Origin: Polyangiales bacterium
Lineage (GTDB): Bacteria > Myxococcota_A > Polyangia > Polyangiales > Polyangiaceae
Assembly: GCA_038230375.1 (NCBI GenBank)
Contig: JBBRNJ010000079.1
Coordinates: 1 to 39,878, forward strand
Length of the DNA: 39,878 bases
Direction of reading: 5' to 3'
The number at the start of each line of letters is the position of its first letter. Positions within the stretch are counted from its first letter, which is position 1. A model generated the notes under the pieces. It did no database searches. It was given only the letters and a program-made list of their open reading frames with translations, and had not been told where the DNA came from. Made by a program: the position numbers and the translations under genes. Shown one piece after another: positions 36,078 to 39,878 of this stretch.

Positions 36078-39053
36078 ATGGGGGAGCACGCTGCAGGTGA
36101 GCTGATAAACGGCTATCGTATCGTTGGTTCGCTGGGCCGTGGCGGTCTCGGGACCACGTTCGAGGCGGTGAAGAACGCGACTGGCGAGCACGTGGCTCTC
36201 AAGCAGCTTGCCGTCGCCGATGTCGCGGACTGGAAGCGCTTTGAGCTCTTCGAGCGGGAGGCGCGCGTGCTCGCGTCGCTGGAGCATCAGGCGATCCCGC
36301 GCTACCTCGATCACTTCATGGTGGAGGGGCCGCGCGGTCCCACGCTCTACGTGGTGCAGGCGATCGTGCGTGGGCAATCGCTGGCGGAGCTCGTTGCGTC
36401 CCGCGGCCCGCTCGACGAGAACGCCGTCCGTCAGATCGCAGGCGAGCTGCTCATGGTGCTGGCGTACCTGGGGCAGCGCAGCCCGCCGATCGTGCACCGC
36501 GATATCAAACCAGAGAACGTGATGCGCCGCACGGACGGTCCGATCGCGCTGGTGGACTTTGGTGCGGCGCGCGCGGACCACGCAAAGCCCGCGGGTGGCA
36601 GCACCACTGTCGGCACGTACGGATACATGGCGCCGGAGCAGCTGCATGGTGTGGCGCTCCCCGCGACGGACATCTACGGGCTCGCGTGCACGATGCTGTT
36701 CCTTCTCTCAGGCCGCTCGCCCGCGGACCTGCCAAGACAGAAGCTAGCGATCGACTTCCGGCCTTCCATGCGCACCACGCCATCGCTCGCAGCGTGGCTC
36801 GAGAAGGCGCTCGCACCAGCACCAGAGGATCGGTTTCCGTCTGCGGAGATCGCGCTCGCCGCGCTGCGTACGGGCCACATCGGCGGCGCCGCGGCGCCAA
36901 AGAAGAAGACGCGCGCGCACACGTGGGTCCTCGCAGGCGTACTGGGCGCGACCCTCCTGGGCGGCACAGCCTTTGGCGGCGTGCTCTACATGCGAGAGCG
37001 GCAGCTGGCGCAGTCCAACCGCGCCATGACCTCGGCCATGAAGCCACCGCCGCTGCTGCCTGCACGCTGGGCGACGCTGAGCCATCCTCAGAACGTGAAG
37101 ATGATCCGCAGCATTCCGGCCCATCTGAGTGCGATCTTCTCCGTCGCGGTCTCTCCCGACGGCAAGCAAGTCGTCAGCGGCGGCAACGAGGGCTCCGTGA
37201 AGCTGTGGGACATGGAGACCGGCGAAGCCGTGCGTGTGTTTCCTGGACAGACCGGAAAGGTGCGGTCCGTGGCATGGATGCCGGATGGCTCCGCCGTGAT
37301 CAGCGGAGGGGGCAGAGGCGTTCTCGTTCAGGACGCCAAGACGGGCGCCATACGCCGCTCTCTCGAGATGGCAGCGGGCAAGGCAGCGGATGGCATTGCG
37401 GTCTCTCCAGACGGAAAGCTGATCGTTGCGATCAACAACGACGGTGCAGTGCGCGGCTTCAACGCTGATACCGGCGCAACGTCGTTCGACGGGCGGCAGC
37501 CGACGCGCCTGTTGCAGGTCGCCATCTCGCCCGATGGCATTGCGTTCGCGACGGCGCAGAACGACGGCAGCATCGGCCTGTGGAGCACCTCGAGCGGCAA
37601 GCTCAGCGAAACGAGGAGCGGGCACATGGGCCCCGTGGACGCGATCGCATGGGCTCCCGACGGGCGTGTGCTCTTCAGCGTTGCCGACGATCGCACCGTG
37701 AAGATGTGGCCCATGGGCACGAAGAACGCAGTGGCCACTGCAGCCGAAGCGACCGATGAGGTGTGGGGTGTCGCCACGGAGCCGCGTGGAAAGCACGTGG
37801 CCACGGTCAGCAAGGATGGCTACCTGCGCGTGTATGATGCACTCAGTCTCGAGATCAAGGGCCGCGCCGACGTCAGCCTTGGGGCCGCGAATGGCCCCGT
37901 GCTGCCGCCGGTTCCTGCCGTGGCGTTTGCCCCCGATGGCATCAGGCTCGTCACAGGCAGCGCGCAGGGCATGATCTCGTTCCTGACGCTGGACGTGAAG
38001 TCACGACCCGAGCGAGTGCCGGTCCCGTTGGCGAACGCCCCTGAAGATCGCGTAGCGAAGACGCCAGCGCACAAGGTCTACGCAGAGGCCATCTCCATGG
38101 CGGAGAAGATCGAGGGGGACCAGGCCGCCTACGACAAGGTCGTCGCGCTTCTCGTTGCAGCGATCGCGACGGATCCGAAAAATGCGCTCAATCACGTCGC
38201 CATGGCGCGCGTGGAACGAAAGCGCAACCGGACGACGGAAGGGGGCCACGACAAGAGCACGCACCCGCTCGGGCCCGGAGGTCCGGAGCTGGAGAAGGCA
38301 TTTGCGCTCTCGCCCAAGCTCCCGGAGGCACTCATCGAGCGCGGGTGGGTCGAACAGATGCAAACTGACTTCGTTCCTGCCAGGGCTGACGCCCAGCAGG
38401 CAGTGGCGCTTGGTGGCATCTCGTGCGACGCAGAGATCCTCCTCGCCGAGCTGAGCCTCGCCGACGGAAAGGACGAAGAGGCGGAAGCGCACGTGCTCAA
38501 GGCGGCGCCGTCATGCTCGAGGTCGCAGGCGTTCACCCTGTATCGGACGGCACGCAAGGTCTACTGGCGCCAGGGCGACATGGCAGCATTTCGTCGCGCG
38601 TTCGACGTCGAGATCGTGGCCTCGCCCTGGTCGGCGTGGGCCAGAGGCAACTACGCAGCCGACCTGGTCGAGCTCGGCGACTTCGACAAGGCCATCGAGA
38701 TCGGAAAACAGGCGGTCGCGCAGCGAAACTACGGCATGGTCCACCGGGCCATCGCCGACGCATACGCGGAGAAGGGCGCCGCGGCGCTCTGGAACGACGG
38801 CGCGATGGCCATCGCCAAGTCCAACTTCGACGCGGCAGTTGTAGATGAGCCCACGAACGCGCGCGCGCACTACGGGCTTGCCGCCTACTACCGCATGGTC
38901 GCGATCGAGAACCGGGACAAGAAGGCGCTCGCACTCTCGAACCGCGAGCTCGACCTCGCCCTTCGCTCCGATCCCAAGATGGAGATCGCGACGAAGGCAC
39001 GCCAGGAGAGCGCGTGGATCGAGAAGTACCTGAACCACCCCCCCGCGAAATAG
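36078..39053 (+). CDS. Ser/Thr protein kinase - TM - WD40 propeller - TPR protein
   Basis: LGRGGLG, VALK, HRDIKPEN, DFG, GTYGYMAPE, DIYG; TM; AH..VAVSPDG..KLWD and GH..AWAPDG repeats; TPR helices (ARAHYGLA). Confidence 0.95.
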   Translation: MGEHAAGELINGYRIVGSLGRGGLGTTFEAVKNATGEHVALKQLAVADVADWKRFELFEREARVLASLEHQAIPRYLDHFMVEGPRGPTLYVVQAIVRGQSLAELVASRGPLDENAVRQIAGELLMVLAYLGQRSPPIVHRDIKPENVMRRTDGPIALVDFGAARADHAKPAGGSTTVGTYGYMAPEQLHGVALPATDIYGLACTMLFLLSGRSPADLPRQKLAIDFRPSMRTTPSLAAWLEKALAPAPEDRFPSAEIALAALRTGHIGGAAAPKKKTRAHTWVLAGVLGATLLGGTAFGGVLYMRERQLAQSNRAMTSAMKPPPLLPARWATLSHPQNVKMIRSIPAHLSAIFSVAVSPDGKQVVSGGNEGSVKLWDMETGEAVRVFPGQTGKVRSVAWMPDGSAVISGGGRGVLVQDAKTGAIRRSLEMAAGKAADGIAVSPDGKLIVAINNDGAVRGFNADTGATSFDGRQPTRLLQVAISPDGIAFATAQNDGSIGLWSTSSGKLSETRSGHMGPVDAIAWAPDGRVLFSVADDRTVKMWPMGTKNAVATAAEATDEVWGVATEPRGKHVATVSKDGYLRVYDALSLEIKGRADVSLGAANGPVLPPVPAVAFAPDGIRLVTGSAQGMISFLTLDVKSRPERVPVPLANAPEDRVAKTPAHKVYAEAISMAEKIEGDQAAYDKVVALLVAAIATDPKNALNHVAMARVERKRNRTTEGGHDKSTHPLGPGGPELEKAFALSPKLPEALIERGWVEQMQTDFVPARADAQQAVALGGISCDAEILLAELSLADGKDEEAEAHVLKAAPSCSRSQAFTLYRTARKVYWRQGDMAAFRRAFDVEIVASPWSAWARGNYAADLVELGDFDKAIEIGKQAVAQRNYGMVHRAIADAYAEKGAAALWNDGAMAIAKSNFDAAVVDEPTNARAHYGLAAYYRMVAIENRDKKALALSNRELDLALRSDPKMEIATKARQESAWIEKYLNHPPAK

Positions 39054-39087
39054 AGCGCATGGCCGCCGCCGAGAAACAGCGCCGAAC

Positions 39088-39669
39088 TCACAGCCCCGCG
39101 CCCTCATCGATCTCGACCGAACGAACCATCGCCTCGCAATCGATGATGTCGGGCGCGAACGTGTCGAGCTCGATGCTGTCGAACCAGATGTTCGCGAGCG
39201 TGGTCCCGCGCCCGAGGTACCAGTCGCGACGGCCTCGCTCAGGTCGCGCCTTCAGTCGCCTCGCGACTTCCTGGACGGGCTGAGAATCTGGGTCGGATGG
39301 GTCCAGACCGGCCCATGCGCGCAGACTGCCGCCGGATTTCTGGACGCTCGAAAAAGCCACGCAGCTCACGTCGCGCTCGGCCCACTCCAAAACGTCGAAG
39401 TCGCGAACGGCCCCGAACACATGCCGGGTGTGTACTGTGCGCCGGGCGTCGACGTGCCGGTGGAGCCACGCGAGATCGAGGGGCATATCGCGTGGCATCT
39501 TCAGGGTGTCGAGCTGAAAGCGGCCGGTGGACCGCGGGGACTTGAGTCCCATCCAGAAGCCCTCGCCAGTCGTGCGGATCGAATCGCGCCCCAGGACAAA
39601 CCTCTCCCCAACCGCCCAACCCGCCGCGGGAACGAAAGTCAGCCTGCGATGCCGAATCCGCTCCTCCAT
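39088..39669 (-). CDS. Hypothetical protein
   Basis: 193-aa ORF from ATG 39669 with TGgTACTGT 6 nt upstream; no family recognised. Confidence 0.55.
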   Translation of the reverse strand: MEERIRHRRLTFVPAAGWAVGERFVLGRDSIRTTGEGFWMGLKSPRSTGRFQLDTLKMPRDMPLDLAWLHRHVDARRTVHTRHVFGAVRDFDVLEWAERDVSCVAFSSVQKSGGSLRAWAGLDPSDPDSQPVQEVARRLKARPERGRRDWYLGRGTTLANIWFDSIELDTFAPDIIDCEAMVRSVEIDEGAGL

Positions 39670-39741
39670 CGATCGACAGTACCAAATCAACTCCGAAGGT
39701 CGAAGGTCGCCGTCAACTCCCGTCCGCCGCGAACCTGCCCC

Positions 39742-39861
39742 GTCGGGGTCGGGGTCGAAGTCGAAGTCGTCGTCGAAGTCGACGTCGAAGTCGTCGTCGA
39801 AGTCGTCGTCGAAGTCGTCGTCGAAGTCGTCGTCGAAGTCGTCGTCGAAGTCGTCGTCGTC
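39742..39861. repeat. GTCGNN array, 20 hexamers, mostly as a 12-bp unit GTCGAAGTCGTC
   Basis: GTCGGG x2, then largely alternating GTCGAA/GTCGTC. Confidence 0.95.
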
Positions 39862-39878
39862 TCTACTTCGTGTTCAAA

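Noticed and set aside
39732..39742. AACCTGCCCCG matching the 15-bp repeat unit near 21991
   Set aside because: A single 11-nt GC-rich match is compatible with chance.

Overview
A very GC-rich bacterial chromosomal segment. Gene content (Hanks-type kinase, sigma-54 activator, many Cys-lipoproteins, GTCGAN hexamer arrays) suggests Myxococcota, possibly Polyangiaceae-like; this is inference. It holds about 31 intact CDSs and 2 disrupted genes, with no rRNA, tRNA, CRISPR array, integrase or transposase recognised. Recognisable genes: an NtrC/NtrX-type sigma-54 response regulator, a DsbA-like oxidoreductase, a TPR-lipoprotein/DUF58/BatA-VWA cluster, hutF, an AraC regulator, a GH31 glycosidase, a beta-hydroxyacid dehydrogenase, a HIT hydrolase, a propeller + di-haem peroxidase-like lipoprotein, uvrB, mannose-1-phosphate guanylyltransferase, a Tat-exported sulfite-oxidase-family molybdoenzyme with a di-haem cytochrome c, a vapBC pair with a palindromic operator, a dual-receiver protein and a Ser/Thr kinase-TM-WD40-TPR protein. 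The most unusual element is a two-gene locus (28871-33994) encoding degenerate homologues of respiratory complex I membrane subunits: a lipoprotein IPT/PDZ-NuoH-like protein and a single-chain NuoL-like/Ig-like/NuoM-like fusion. By eye both have lost the charged residues needed for quinone binding and proton pumping, and no other nuo gene is in the window. Also notable: a lipoprotein with PARP/ART-like motif spacing coupled to a HIT gene, a Phi-1/EXORDIUM-like lipoprotein, recurrent TANNNT boxes 6-9 nt before start codons (probable leaderless mRNAs), and GTCGAN arrays, one of which marks the breakpoint of a doubly deleted P450 pseudogene. All family calls are from motif recognition only; no searches were run.
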